Positions 38,085 through 47,585 of a DNA stretch of 54,740 nucleotides are shown here, piece by piece. How positions within the stretch are numbered: position 1 is the stretch's first letter; each line of letters begins with the position of its first letter. Location: contig JACUUK010000002.1 in assembly GCA_014859315.1 (NCBI GenBank), positions 1 to 54,740 on the forward strand, given 5' to 3'. The stretch is from Candidatus Aminicenantes bacterium (GTDB lineage Bacteria; Acidobacteriota; Aminicenantia; Aminicenantales; Aminicenantaceae). A program made the position numbers and the translations under genes. The notes beneath the pieces are model-generated. The model was not told the origin of the DNA. It saw only the letters and a program-made list of their open reading frames with translations, and did not search any database.

Positions 38085-39596
38085 ATGAAAAAAACAGCAC
38101 TTGTTGCTTTAATTGCTTTCGCATTAGGATTGTTTCTTGCGGGCTTGATATTTGTTTATTTTCCTGAGAAAAATACTTCAGATAATTTTCTTCAAGTACC
38201 TTCCTCTTCCATGTCTTCGACTCTCTATGCCTCCTACGCCTCAGATTCTATGCAAGCAATACCAGAAAAAGGATTTGCCAGAATTGTAGAAAAAGTAGGT
38301 CCTGCTGTAGTCTGGATTGAAGCCGAAAAGGTAGAAAAGAGAACAATTTCAAGTTTTGGTGATGAATGGCCGTTTGAGGATTTTTGGGATAGATTTTTTG
38401 GAACTCCGAGGGAAAGGGAGAAAGAATTTCGCTCTAAAGCATACGGAACAGGTTTTTTCATAAGCCAAGATGGATACATCCTGACAAATAACCATATAGT
38501 AGAAAATTCTGAGAAAGTGACTGTGTTCACACGTGTTCAGGACAAAGAATATGAGGCCGAAATCGTTGGGACAGATCCCAAAACAGACGTAGCTCTGCTA
38601 AAAGTCAATGACAAAAACTTAGTATTTGCCGATTTAGGTGACTCAACCAAACTTCGTGTGGGCGAATGGGTAGTGGCAATTGGCAATCCACTTGGAATGG
38701 AACACACTGTCACAGCCGGAATCGTAAGTGCAAAAGGACGGCAGATTCAAGGAAGCTTAAACGTTCCAGAATACCAGGACTTCATTCAGACCGACGCAGC
38801 AATCAACAGGGGAAACAGTGGCGGCCCATTAGTTAACATGAACGGAGAAGTCATTGGAATCACGAGCATGATTTTAGCTCCTACAGGGGGAAATATTGGA
38901 ATCGGTTTTGCTATCCCTTCAAATCTTGCAAAAAAAATAGTAATGCAGCTCAAAGAAAAAGGAAGAGTCGTACGTGGCTTTCTTGGAGTAATCGTTTCAT
39001 CAATCGATGAAGACACAAAAAAGGTGCTTAATCTAAAATCCAAGAAAGGTGCTTTCGTTAATTCCGTAGGAGAAGGAACGCCAGCCGAGAAAGCTGGCTT
39101 GAAGCGATACGATGTCATAATCGCTATCAATGATGAGCCAATTGACGGCCCCAATGAATTAAAGTTTAAAATAGCTGAGATAGAGCCCGGAACAACGATA
39201 AAAATAACCATTATTCGTGATGAAGCAGAAAAAACACTGAAAGCAAAAGTCATCGAATTAGAAGAGGAAGAGCCCAAAGAGACACCTTCCTCCACAGGAA
39301 AAGACATTGGCTTTTCTATGACTACTTTAACGCCGAATATTGCAAGGCGCTACGGATTACAGACAACAGAAGGGCTTTTAATCACTCAAGTTCGCCGCTA
39401 CAGTGAGGCCGATAAAAAAGGCCTTCAAAGAGGAGATATCATTATCGAAGCAAACCGGAAAAACATCAAAACAATAAAGGATCTTGAAAATGTTTTGAAG
39501 AAAGCAAAATCCGGCGACCCAATCATGCTTCTTATTCGAAGAGAAACAGGCCACGGTGAACCGCAAGACTTTATCGTAACAATAAGGGTTCCTTGA
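38085..39596 (+). CDS. htrA: Periplasmic serine endoprotease DegP/HtrA family (trypsin-like domain plus two PDZ domains)
   Basis: 503 aa with a signal anchor. The catalytic triad context is TNNHIV, DVALLK and GNSGGPLVN. Two PDZ-like repeats follow. Confidence 0.9.
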   Translation: MKKTALVALIAFALGLFLAGLIFVYFPEKNTSDNFLQVPSSSMSSTLYASYASDSMQAIPEKGFARIVEKVGPAVVWIEAEKVEKRTISSFGDEWPFEDFWDRFFGTPREREKEFRSKAYGTGFFISQDGYILTNNHIVENSEKVTVFTRVQDKEYEAEIVGTDPKTDVALLKVNDKNLVFADLGDSTKLRVGEWVVAIGNPLGMEHTVTAGIVSAKGRQIQGSLNVPEYQDFIQTDAAINRGNSGGPLVNMNGEVIGITSMILAPTGGNIGIGFAIPSNLAKKIVMQLKEKGRVVRGFLGVIVSSIDEDTKKVLNLKSKKGAFVNSVGEGTPAEKAGLKRYDVIIAINDEPIDGPNELKFKIAEIEPGTTIKITIIRDEAEKTLKAKVIELEEEEPKETPSSTGKDIGFSMTTLTPNIARRYGLQTTEGLLITQVRRYSEADKKGLQRGDIIIEANRKNIKTIKDLENVLKKAKSGDPIMLLIRRETGHGEPQDFIVTIRVP

Positions 39597-40444
39597 TGAA
39601 TTTTACAAAAGTTCATTCCTTAGGCAATGACTTTCTGGTTATTGAAGAGACAGAGGTCATAAATATCAGTGAAAAAGCCACTCTGACAAGGCGAATCTGC
39701 GAGCGCCATACAGGTGTAGGTGCTGATGGGCTTCTACTGATATCAATTAAAGACAAAGATAAAGGAATAGTCAACTTTCGCATTTTCAATGCAGACGGGA
39801 CTGAGCCTGAAATTTCAGGAAATGGCTTAAGATGTGCAGCTGCTTACCTATATTATAAAAACAAAATCACCTCCAACAATTTCCTTTTTCTCACACCAGC
39901 CGGAGACAGAGAGTGTACAATTCTTGAAAGAAACAACAATCTATTTCACATTAAAATCGAAATGGGGATCCCCAAATTAAGTTCACAAGAAATTCCATTT
40001 GACGATGGCTCTATTCATAAAGAGATTATCGACTACCCATTATCAATCAACCAAAAAATATTCCCGATAACAGTTGTTTCCATTGGAAATCCCCACTGTG
40101 CCATTTTCATCGACCGGTTCCTATCCCGCATTGAGTGGCATCAAATAGGACGTGAAATTGAATTTCATCCATTCTTTCCGAAAAAGACAAATGTTGAGTT
40201 TGTCAGAGTCCTAAACAGGAATGAGATCGAAGTTCTCTTCTGGGAAAGAGGCGTTGGAGAAACCCTTTCTTCTGGAAGCGGCTCCTGTGCCGCAGCAGTC
40301 GCATCGATTCTAAAGAACTTAACCGAAAAAAAGGTCAAGGTAAGAACAAGTATGGGAAGTCTCACTGTCGAGTGGGATAATGGAAAAGTCTATCAATCTG
40401 GACCCTCTGAAATTGTTTTTGAAGGCGACTTTCCCTTTAATTAA
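39596..40444 (+). CDS. dapF: Diaminopimelate epimerase
   Basis: Motifs GNDFLVI, GNPHCAIF and SGSGSCAAA provide the two catalytic Cys. The track ORF begins at TTG 39593; the ATG at 39596 overlaps the htrA stop (TGATG). Confidence 0.9.
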   Translation: MNFTKVHSLGNDFLVIEETEVINISEKATLTRRICERHTGVGADGLLLISIKDKDKGIVNFRIFNADGTEPEISGNGLRCAAAYLYYKNKITSNNFLFLTPAGDRECTILERNNNLFHIKIEMGIPKLSSQEIPFDDGSIHKEIIDYPLSINQKIFPITVVSIGNPHCAIFIDRFLSRIEWHQIGREIEFHPFFPKKTNVEFVRVLNRNEIEVLFWERGVGETLSSGSGSCAAAVASILKNLTEKKVKVRTSMGSLTVEWDNGKVYQSGPSEIVFEGDFPFN

Positions 40445-40475
40445 CTTGCCCTATTACCAGAATATTTCCTGAATA

Positions 40476-41684
40476 TCAAAAAGAGAACGTCACTCCTAAA
40501 CCGAGGATAGATGCACTCAAGTTGAATCGTTCTGTTAAAGGCAGCCCAAATTCTGTTCGTGTCCTTTCGCGTTCCTGGCCCTGTGCATAGATATACACAA
40601 AATCAATCTTCATGTTTCCTGCGTGATATCCTATCCCTCCAAGAAATGAGAGTTTATCGACATCAATATTATTGAAACTGAGCGTTTTATCAGGGACTGC
40701 TGATCTATCATAGCCGATGCCTCCACGAAGAGACAGGCCGGAAGTAACGATATATTCTACACCAGTCCGAAAAATAAGGATATTTTCAAAGCCCATGATT
40801 TCAATCTGTTTAAAATCTCCGATGAAAGGAAGGTTTTCTATTGTTTTTTCTATCTTATCCAGTGAAGACCACATAGTGTACTGGGCACTTGAAGCCCATA
40901 GGAAATTAGGCGTGATTTTATAAGAAAATCCAAACTCAAAATCCCATGGGAGCTTGAAACTTGTCTCTGAATCCAGCTTGATTTTTACAGTGCCAAACTC
41001 AGGAGCTATTGTCGATATAGTAGTTGTGCCGTTTAAGTTCATCTTTGCAGGACCTCTGGCACTTAATCCGATTCTAAACCTTTCAGTTGGCTGGTACATC
41101 AGGCCAATCCCTGCTGATAAAGCCGACCCATTTTCTTCTGCCTCCAATGGGCCAAAAGTCTCACCAATGGTTTTAACACTCAAGATACTCCTGTAAAAAT
41201 TCAAGTTGAATCCAACAGAAAATTTCTCATTCACCATGTAAGCAAGCGAAGGGGTTATAGTATAGACTGCTAAATACGACTTAAACGGAAAACCAATCTG
41301 GTTTTCCTTCCAGTCGACGCCTCCTCCTGCATATGGGATATAGGCGCCAATCCCTAATGTTAATCTATCACTGGCCTTATAAGAGACGAAAATCTGAGGT
41401 ATCGTGTTATTATAATGGCTTTCTGCTTTAGTGCCTGTTGGCATTACATATTCATGGGTCGGCATTACATAGAAGCCGTCAACAGAAAAGTTTAAATTTT
41501 CTTTCTGAAGTGTTAATCCTGCTGGGTTATAAAAAATGGCACTTGGATCATCTGCCACTCCAACAAATGCTGCTCCAAGTCCTAAAGCTCTACAACCCAT
41601 TAAAGTGTTGTTCCAGCCCCCTGCCCAGACACATGAAACAGCAATACAAAAAAAGCCAAAATAAATAAAAAGTCTCTTTCTCAT
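40476..41684 (-). CDS. Outer-membrane transport protein, FadL/OmpP1/TodX family
   Basis: 402 aa with a signal peptide. The N-terminal hatch block is GLGAAFVGVADDPSAIFYNPAGL. The sequence shows an alternating beta-strand pattern and ends in an aromatic residue (TFSF). Confidence 0.8.
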   Translation of the reverse strand: MRKRLFIYFGFFCIAVSCVWAGGWNNTLMGCRALGLGAAFVGVADDPSAIFYNPAGLTLQKENLNFSVDGFYVMPTHEYVMPTGTKAESHYNNTIPQIFVSYKASDRLTLGIGAYIPYAGGGVDWKENQIGFPFKSYLAVYTITPSLAYMVNEKFSVGFNLNFYRSILSVKTIGETFGPLEAEENGSALSAGIGLMYQPTERFRIGLSARGPAKMNLNGTTTISTIAPEFGTVKIKLDSETSFKLPWDFEFGFSYKITPNFLWASSAQYTMWSSLDKIEKTIENLPFIGDFKQIEIMGFENILIFRTGVEYIVTSGLSLRGGIGYDRSAVPDKTLSFNNIDVDKLSFLGGIGYHAGNMKIDFVYIYAQGQERERTRTEFGLPLTERFNLSASILGLGVTFSF

Positions 41685-41934
41685 TTTTTTCCTCCTAATT
41701 TTCCCAGTTGCGGTTTATATTTCTATGAAATATAAAAATAGGATTATTTTGTCAACACATAAATTCATTGTTTGGAATTATTTCTAAATAAAATGCAGAA
41801 ATACTTCCTGGTATTTTTGTAATTTGGATGGGCTCATCACAATAATGAGCACCTATAATATAGAAGTACTTTGTTAAGGAGCAATTATCGGATGAATTTG
41901 AGGGGATGGAGGATGCGACTTTGGATGAAAAAAT

Positions 41935-42909
41935 TTAATCGAAGTGCTGGAATCCTCTGGCAGGAAGCAGCCTTTTCCTTCCGCGACGGTCAATCACATA
42001 TACTCTTCTTTCTTTGATTATCTGGCCGATAAGGGTGATTTTGTATTTTTTTTGCAACTTAAAAATACTACCTTCTTTTTCAGTGGGAACAGAAAAAAGA
42101 AGCTGGTAGTCCTCTCCACCATGAAGTGCAAAGTTGAAGGGGCGCCTTTGAAACGAAAGCAAGTCAGATGAAAGCGGGAAGCTATCCAGATGAATAAGGG
42201 CCCCGCATCCGCTTTCCTGACATATGTGTAGTAAATCCACAGACAGCCCGTCACTTATGTCTATCATAGATGTAGCAGCTTGTAGCCGGTTGAGTTCTAT
42301 CCCTAAAGAGACTTGTGGCGAAGGGTCAAGAAAGCTCTTAAGTAAATAATCAGATTCTTTACTATCTCCTAATTTAACTCCTTTTTTTAAAAGCAATAAA
42401 CCCTGCTTTGCATTTCCTAACGTTCCAGATACATAAATAGCATTATTTGGCTTAGCCCCTTTCCTCGTAATAATTGACTTGGCTTCTCCCATTATAGTAA
42501 CAGAAACGGTTAATTTCCTTGCCTGGGAAACATCGCCACCAATCAGTGCCACATCTTGTTTATCAGCCGCTGATTTCAAGCCGGAAAAGAACTTTTCAAG
42601 CCAATCTGGCTTAAAGCTTGATGGAATACCAAGTCCAAGGAGTGCATACTTAGGCATTCCTCCCATGGCTGCAATGTCACTTAAGTTTACATTCAGGCTC
42701 TTTCTTCCTAAAAGAAAAGGAGGATGTTTGGAGGATATGAAATGAACACCATCGATGAGCAGGTCTTTTGTTAAAAGTACAAGCTTTTTCCCTGGCCGTA
42801 CAACAGCAGCATCATCCCCGATTCCAAGAAGCAACTCTGGGAATGATACAGAGAATTCCTTCCGGATGGCTGACAGGATGTCTTTTTCCTTTAACTGCTT
42901 TATCTTCAT
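41935..42909 (-). CDS. thiL: Thiamine-monophosphate kinase
   Basis: 324 aa, PurM superfamily. Motifs GIGDDAAVV and DLLIDGVHF, and a ThiL-like length. No obvious SD precedes the ATG. Confidence 0.8.
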   Translation of the reverse strand: MKIKQLKEKDILSAIRKEFSVSFPELLLGIGDDAAVVRPGKKLVLLTKDLLIDGVHFISSKHPPFLLGRKSLNVNLSDIAAMGGMPKYALLGLGIPSSFKPDWLEKFFSGLKSAADKQDVALIGGDVSQARKLTVSVTIMGEAKSIITRKGAKPNNAIYVSGTLGNAKQGLLLLKKGVKLGDSKESDYLLKSFLDPSPQVSLGIELNRLQAATSMIDISDGLSVDLLHICQESGCGALIHLDSFPLSSDLLSFQRRPFNFALHGGEDYQLLFSVPTEKEGSIFKLQKKYKITLIGQIIKERRVYVIDRRGRKRLLPARGFQHFD

Positions 42910-42911
42910 TC

Positions 42912-42973
42912 GTTAATTGTTAATTGGGGACAGTCCCCACTTACAGTCCCCCACTTACATTTATACATTTATA
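42912..42973. repeat. Three back-to-back tandem micro-duplications filling the lon-thiL spacer
   Basis: GTTAATT x2 (42912-42925). CAGTCCCCACTTA / CAGTCCCCCACTTA (42931-42957). CATTTATA x2 (42958-42973). The palindrome TGGGGAC-A-GTCCCCA sits at 42925-42939. Confidence 0.85.
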
Positions 42974-42977
42974 ATTT

Positions 42978-45395
42978 TCAACTTTTTGCTTTTTCTTTAA
43001 GAGGTGGCTCCAAAGCATGCTGGTATACTTCATTTATATGTTCAACAAATATAAATTCCATTTCTTTCTTGATTTTCTTTGGAATATCAATTAAATCTTT
43101 CTTGTTGGCTGCAGGTAAAATCATCCTCTTAACACCTGCGCGTTGCGCTGCAAAAACCTTTTCTTTTACCCCTCCAACAGGAAGCACATTGCCTCTCAAT
43201 GTAATCTCACCTGTCATAGCTATATTACACCTGACTTTCCGATTAGTGCACACAGATAACAATGATGTGGCAATTGTGACTCCCCCTGAGGGACCATCTT
43301 TAGGAATGGCTCCTTCAGGAATATGAATATGAAAATCGTTTTGAGAAAATATGGCAGTATCAATTCCAAATTCTTTTGTGTGAGCTCGCGCATAACTCAA
43401 TGCAGCTTGTGCCGATTCTTTCATTACTTCTCCTAAAGAGCCTGTAAGGAAAAGATTCCCCTTTCCTTTCATTTTTGTGGCTTCAACAAAAAGAATTTCA
43501 CCCCCAGTTGATGTCCAGGCTACACCAGTCGTTACTCCAACCTGGTTTTTCTTAAGAATTTGGTCTCGAAAAATTTTAGCAGGACCAAGATATTTTTCGA
43601 TGTTCTGAGATGTTACCCTGGTAATTTTTTTCTTTCCTTCGGCTACTCGTCTGGCAACCTTCCGGCAAACAGTTGCAATTTCTCTCTCAAGGTTACGCAC
43701 ACCTGCTTCCCGTGTATAAAGGGATATGATCTTTTTTATTGCTCCCTTTGTAAAAGATATCAACTTTTCATTCAAAGCATGCTCTTCAATTTGCTTCGGA
43801 ACGAGATGGCGAAGCGCAATCTGAAGCTTTTCTTCTTCTGTGTAACCTGGAAGTGAGATAATTTCCATCCTGTCACGAAAGGCAGGTTGAATTGGGTCCA
43901 GAATATTTGCAGTTGTAATAAACATGACTTTAGAAAGGTCAAACGGGACTCCAAGATAATGGTCCCTGAAGGAATAATTCTGCTCAGGGTCAAGAACCTC
44001 CAAAAGGGCTGATGAAGGATCCCCACGGAAATCCGCTCCGATTTTATCCACCTCATCCATCATGAAAACCGGGTTATTGGAGCTGCATCGCCTTAATCCC
44101 TGAATAATTCGCCCCGGCATAGCTCCTACATAGGTCCTGCGGTGCCCTCTAATTTCAGCTTCATCTCTTATGCCTCCAAGTGAAATTCGAATAAATTTTC
44201 TTCCTAATGACCTCGCAATAGAACGTCCAAGTGATGTTTTTCCAACACCTGGAGGTCCTACAAAACAAAGAATTGGACCTTTGATTTTTTTGGAAAGCTT
44301 TCGCACGCCTAAATATTCAAGAATTCTTTCTTTTACTTTGTCCAAGCCATAGTGATCTTCATCTAAAATTAACTTGGCTTTGCGCAAATCCAAATTGTCC
44401 ACAGTACTGTTGTTCCAGGGAAGAGCAAACATCCAGTCCAAATAATTGCGCACTACTGCTGTTTCTGCAGATTCAGGATGCATCTGGACCAGGCGGTTAA
44501 TCTGTTTTTCGAGTTCTTCCTGCACTTCAGTTGAAACCTTTAACTTCTTTAATTTCTTCTTATAAGCTCTTACCTCTTCCTGGATTTCACTTTCCTCCCC
44601 CAATTCTTTTTGTATGGCTTTGATCTGTTGCCGTAGAAAATACTGCTTCTGGAGTTTATCCATTTCTCCTCTAGCTTCGCTGCTGATTTTTGACTGAACA
44701 TCCAGGAGTTCAAGCTCCCTTGTCAAATGCTCATAGACTTTTCTCAGTCGTTTAGTTGTATCTGTAACTTCCAAGATTTCTTGCGAATTTTTGACTTTCA
44801 AATCCAGATTTGCTGCAACTAAGTCTGCAAGCCTTCCTGGCTCATCGATATTAGCTGTAATAATTATTATCTCGGGGGGAATGTCTTTTCCTAAGGAAGA
44901 AGCATTATCCAGGCCAGAGCGGACATTGCGGATTAAAGCCTCTACCTCTATTGATTTCTCTTCCGGTTCCACGTCATGAAGCACTGTAAGGTTAGCTGAA
45001 TAAAATGGCTTATCTTCTTCCAGTTCTTCTATTTTAGCCCGCACAAGACCTTGTGCAAGAATCCTCACACGCCCATCCGGGAGCTTAAGCATGCGCATAA
45101 CCATAGCAACTGTGCCTATGTCATAAATATCATCTCTTTTTGGCTCCTCTACCTCCATATTCTTCTGTGTGACAAGAAGAATCATTCTGTGGGTTGAGAG
45201 GGCATGATCGATTGCATTCTTTGACTTCTCCCTTCCGACAAATAATGGAACAATCATATATGGAAAAACAACGATATCCCTCAACATAAGAACCGGCAAC
45301 TTTTTCGGAATATGAAGTTTTTGGTCCTTGTCTTCGCTTATGTCCTCAAATTTTTCTTCAAAATCATTGCCTCCCTTGCCCATTTTTTCCTCCAT
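42978..45395 (-). CDS. lon: ATP-dependent Lon protease (LonA)
   Basis: 805 aa. A LON N-domain is followed by Walker A GPPGVGKTS, Walker B MMDEVDK and the protease Ser block PKDGPSGG. Confidence 0.95.
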   Translation of the reverse strand: MEEKMGKGGNDFEEKFEDISEDKDQKLHIPKKLPVLMLRDIVVFPYMIVPLFVGREKSKNAIDHALSTHRMILLVTQKNMEVEEPKRDDIYDIGTVAMVMRMLKLPDGRVRILAQGLVRAKIEELEEDKPFYSANLTVLHDVEPEEKSIEVEALIRNVRSGLDNASSLGKDIPPEIIIITANIDEPGRLADLVAANLDLKVKNSQEILEVTDTTKRLRKVYEHLTRELELLDVQSKISSEARGEMDKLQKQYFLRQQIKAIQKELGEESEIQEEVRAYKKKLKKLKVSTEVQEELEKQINRLVQMHPESAETAVVRNYLDWMFALPWNNSTVDNLDLRKAKLILDEDHYGLDKVKERILEYLGVRKLSKKIKGPILCFVGPPGVGKTSLGRSIARSLGRKFIRISLGGIRDEAEIRGHRRTYVGAMPGRIIQGLRRCSSNNPVFMMDEVDKIGADFRGDPSSALLEVLDPEQNYSFRDHYLGVPFDLSKVMFITTANILDPIQPAFRDRMEIISLPGYTEEEKLQIALRHLVPKQIEEHALNEKLISFTKGAIKKIISLYTREAGVRNLEREIATVCRKVARRVAEGKKKITRVTSQNIEKYLGPAKIFRDQILKKNQVGVTTGVAWTSTGGEILFVEATKMKGKGNLFLTGSLGEVMKESAQAALSYARAHTKEFGIDTAIFSQNDFHIHIPEGAIPKDGPSGGVTIATSLLSVCTNRKVRCNIAMTGEITLRGNVLPVGGVKEKVFAAQRAGVKRMILPAANKKDLIDIPKKIKKEMEFIFVEHINEVYQHALEPPLKEKAKS

Positions 45396-45532
45396 CTCTA
45401 TCCGTTAGACTTGTGAATTTTCACTTCGACTTCCTTTTCTCTTTCCACCCCCATGACCTCAATTCTATTAATTTCTTCTTCTATCTTTCTGTTTCTAAAA
45501 CAGGTGTTATTTTTCTGGCCATTTTGTGGAAG

Positions 45533-45988
45533 CTATTTCTCTTTTAACAGATTCTCCAATTCATGCTTGAATTCCAGAACATCTCTGAATTCCCTATACA
45601 CAGAAGCAAACCGTACGTACGCCACCTTATCAAGAGCTTTTAGCTTCTCCATTACAAGCTTGCCTATCTCAGAGGCCTTCATTTCTTTCTCAGGCTTCTC
45701 CTGCAGCATCGACTCAATCTTATCTACGATTTCTTCCAGTGTAGTAACCGGAACAGGCCGCTTCTCACATGCTTTAATCATTCCACGCAGCAGCTTTTGG
45801 CCGTCAAATGGCTGCCTTCGTCCATCCTTTTTGACAACCATATAAGGAACTTCCTCTATCTTTTCATATGTAGTAAATCTCTTGCTACAGGAAAGACATT
45901 CCCGTCTACGTCGGATGGTCATGCCATTCTTGCTTTCCCTGGAGTCAATCACCTTGCTCTCCTCATATCCACAGTACGGGCACTTCAT
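45533..45988 (-). CDS. nrdR: Transcriptional repressor NrdR
   Basis: 151 aa with an N-terminal zinc ribbon (MKCPYCGYEESKVIDSR...C..C) and an ATP-cone. It overlaps the upstream membrane-protein gene by 4 nt. Confidence 0.95.
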   Translation of the reverse strand: MKCPYCGYEESKVIDSRESKNGMTIRRRRECLSCSKRFTTYEKIEEVPYMVVKKDGRRQPFDGQKLLRGMIKACEKRPVPVTTLEEIVDKIESMLQEKPEKEMKASEIGKLVMEKLKALDKVAYVRFASVYREFRDVLEFKHELENLLKEK

Positions 45989-47016
45989 GACTCAGTCTCT
46001 TCTCCCATTTTTTTGACTTGAAATATTGAAAGCCCTTCTTTCCATAATATAACATATCCAATAATGCAAGTCACTGCAACCTGGATGGAATGCACAACAA
46101 TTGTCATTCCTACGGCCTGGTTTGCATTTATTCCATAAAGAGTGGTCAACCCCAACTTGCTAAAATAATCAAACCCTCCCACCATTCCTGGAGTAGGGAT
46201 GGATGCTCCAACCAGAATTAAAAAAACATAAGGTAAAATAAAAAAGAAAGGTAGAGAAATATCATACGCAAAAAAGAATACCCAATAATATAAAACAATG
46301 CCCAGCCAAACCACAAAAGATAATACTATATATGTAAGTAAATTTCCGATAGAATGAAAAAACTTTAATCCCTCAATAAATTCTTCTGTCAGTTTGAGAA
46401 TCTTCGTGGATATTTTATGTGGAAAGGGCTTCAATAAAAATGCAGTTACTGAAAGAGATTTCTCTTTAAAAAAATAAATAACCAGAATCAAAACAAAGAG
46501 AGCAAGACCTATTATTGAGCCGATAGTTCCCCAAAAATATAAATTAGAATACGCTTCTTCATTCGCATTGAAATAAGACGAATAAAGGGGCTTTGATAGC
46601 AGAAACAAACCCAGAAGAAAACACATGGTAATTATATCGAAGATTCGCTCTACAACTACTGTTCCTATAGCAAATCCTTTCCGGATATCTTCTTTTTTGG
46701 CTAAGTACAATGGCTTAACAAGCTCTCCTAACCGGCCTGGAAAAACAAGAGTTACAGTAAATCCAACAGCATTGCCAGCAAATCGATTGAAAAACTTCAC
46801 TCCCTTTTTCTCATGCATCAATAGATAATCCCAGCGAACTGCCCGGGTTACAAGATGGAAAGGAGCAAGCAAAAACAGAAGTATCAGATATTTTATTTTA
46901 ATGTCGACCAAATAACCCAGGACTTCTTTCCATTCAACACTCCGGAAAAAAAGATAGAGCAGCACTATACAAACAATGAAAACCAGACCAAACCGAAACC
47001 AAGTTTTTTTTACCAT
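45985..47016 (-). CDS. Polytopic membrane protein, UPF0104 / lysylphosphatidylglycerol-synthase TM-region-like (flippase-like)
   Basis: 343 aa with about 8 TM helices. It has the PGRLGE motif (FPGRLGELVKP) typical of this family, as I recall it. Confidence 0.6.
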   Translation of the reverse strand: MVKKTWFRFGLVFIVCIVLLYLFFRSVEWKEVLGYLVDIKIKYLILLFLLAPFHLVTRAVRWDYLLMHEKKGVKFFNRFAGNAVGFTVTLVFPGRLGELVKPLYLAKKEDIRKGFAIGTVVVERIFDIITMCFLLGLFLLSKPLYSSYFNANEEAYSNLYFWGTIGSIIGLALFVLILVIYFFKEKSLSVTAFLLKPFPHKISTKILKLTEEFIEGLKFFHSIGNLLTYIVLSFVVWLGIVLYYWVFFFAYDISLPFFFILPYVFLILVGASIPTPGMVGGFDYFSKLGLTTLYGINANQAVGMTIVVHSIQVAVTCIIGYVILWKEGLSIFQVKKMGEETES

Positions 47017-47145
47017 AAGCCAGAAATATTATCACCAGACTCTTTCGCTGTCAATTAACCTGAATTATTACCTAGAAAATGACACCTTTTTATAAAAAGG
47101 TAACATATTTTCATGGTTCGTGGGTGTGCTCGAACATGATTTATT

Positions 47146-47202
47146 ATTCTCCTTACTCCTCACTTTTCACTCCTTACCCCTAACTCCTCACTCCTTACTA
47201 GT
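47146..47202 (-). repeat. Cluster of overlapping copies of the AGTAAGGAGTGAGGAG repeat family (reverse orientation)
   Basis: The reverse complement reads CTAGTAAGGAGTGAGGAGTTAGGGGTAAGGAGTGAAAAGTGAGGAGTAAGGAGAAT. The perfect 16-mer is at 47184-47199, with two degenerate copies about 22 nt apart. Confidence 0.85.
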
Positions 47203-47263
47203 CTAGCTGGTCTATTGAAAATCAGAGGGAAATTTATTATTATATCCCCTGTTGTTCTTTTAC

Positions 47264-47337
47264 TGGGAAGTCGTCCAATGGTAGGACACATGACTCTGGA
47301 TCATGGAATCGGGGTTCGAATCCCTGCTTCCCAGCCA
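47264..47337 (+). tRNA. tRNA-Gln (anticodon CTG), CCA encoded
   Basis: Acceptor TGGGAAG/CTTCCCA, D arm GTCC-AATGGTA-GGAC, anticodon stem CATGA/TCATG with loop CTCTGGA, T arm CGGGG-TTCGAAT-CCCTG, and GCCA end. Confidence 0.95.
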
Positions 47338-47585
47338 GTCTGATTGTCTTGATTACCCCTGGCAGATTTGAATGAACCATGATGACAACACCTGTTGTCT
47401 TGTTATTCTGGTAAATGTCATCTTCTATTTTCGCTTTTCAAGAGAGAGTCTGTCTCTCCTCAGTTATTTATAGGCATGCAGAAGAACTATCTATCTATTT
47501 TTATTAATTATAATATAAAAAGAAGATTTCATGGGCTGTTTGTAGTTTCTCTAATTAGTAAAAATAATTTAGATCATAATTGCCA

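Noticed and set aside
38786-39307. 173-aa minus-strand ORF inside htrA
   Set aside because: It is antisense to a CDS with clear protease and PDZ motifs. It is a shadow ORF.
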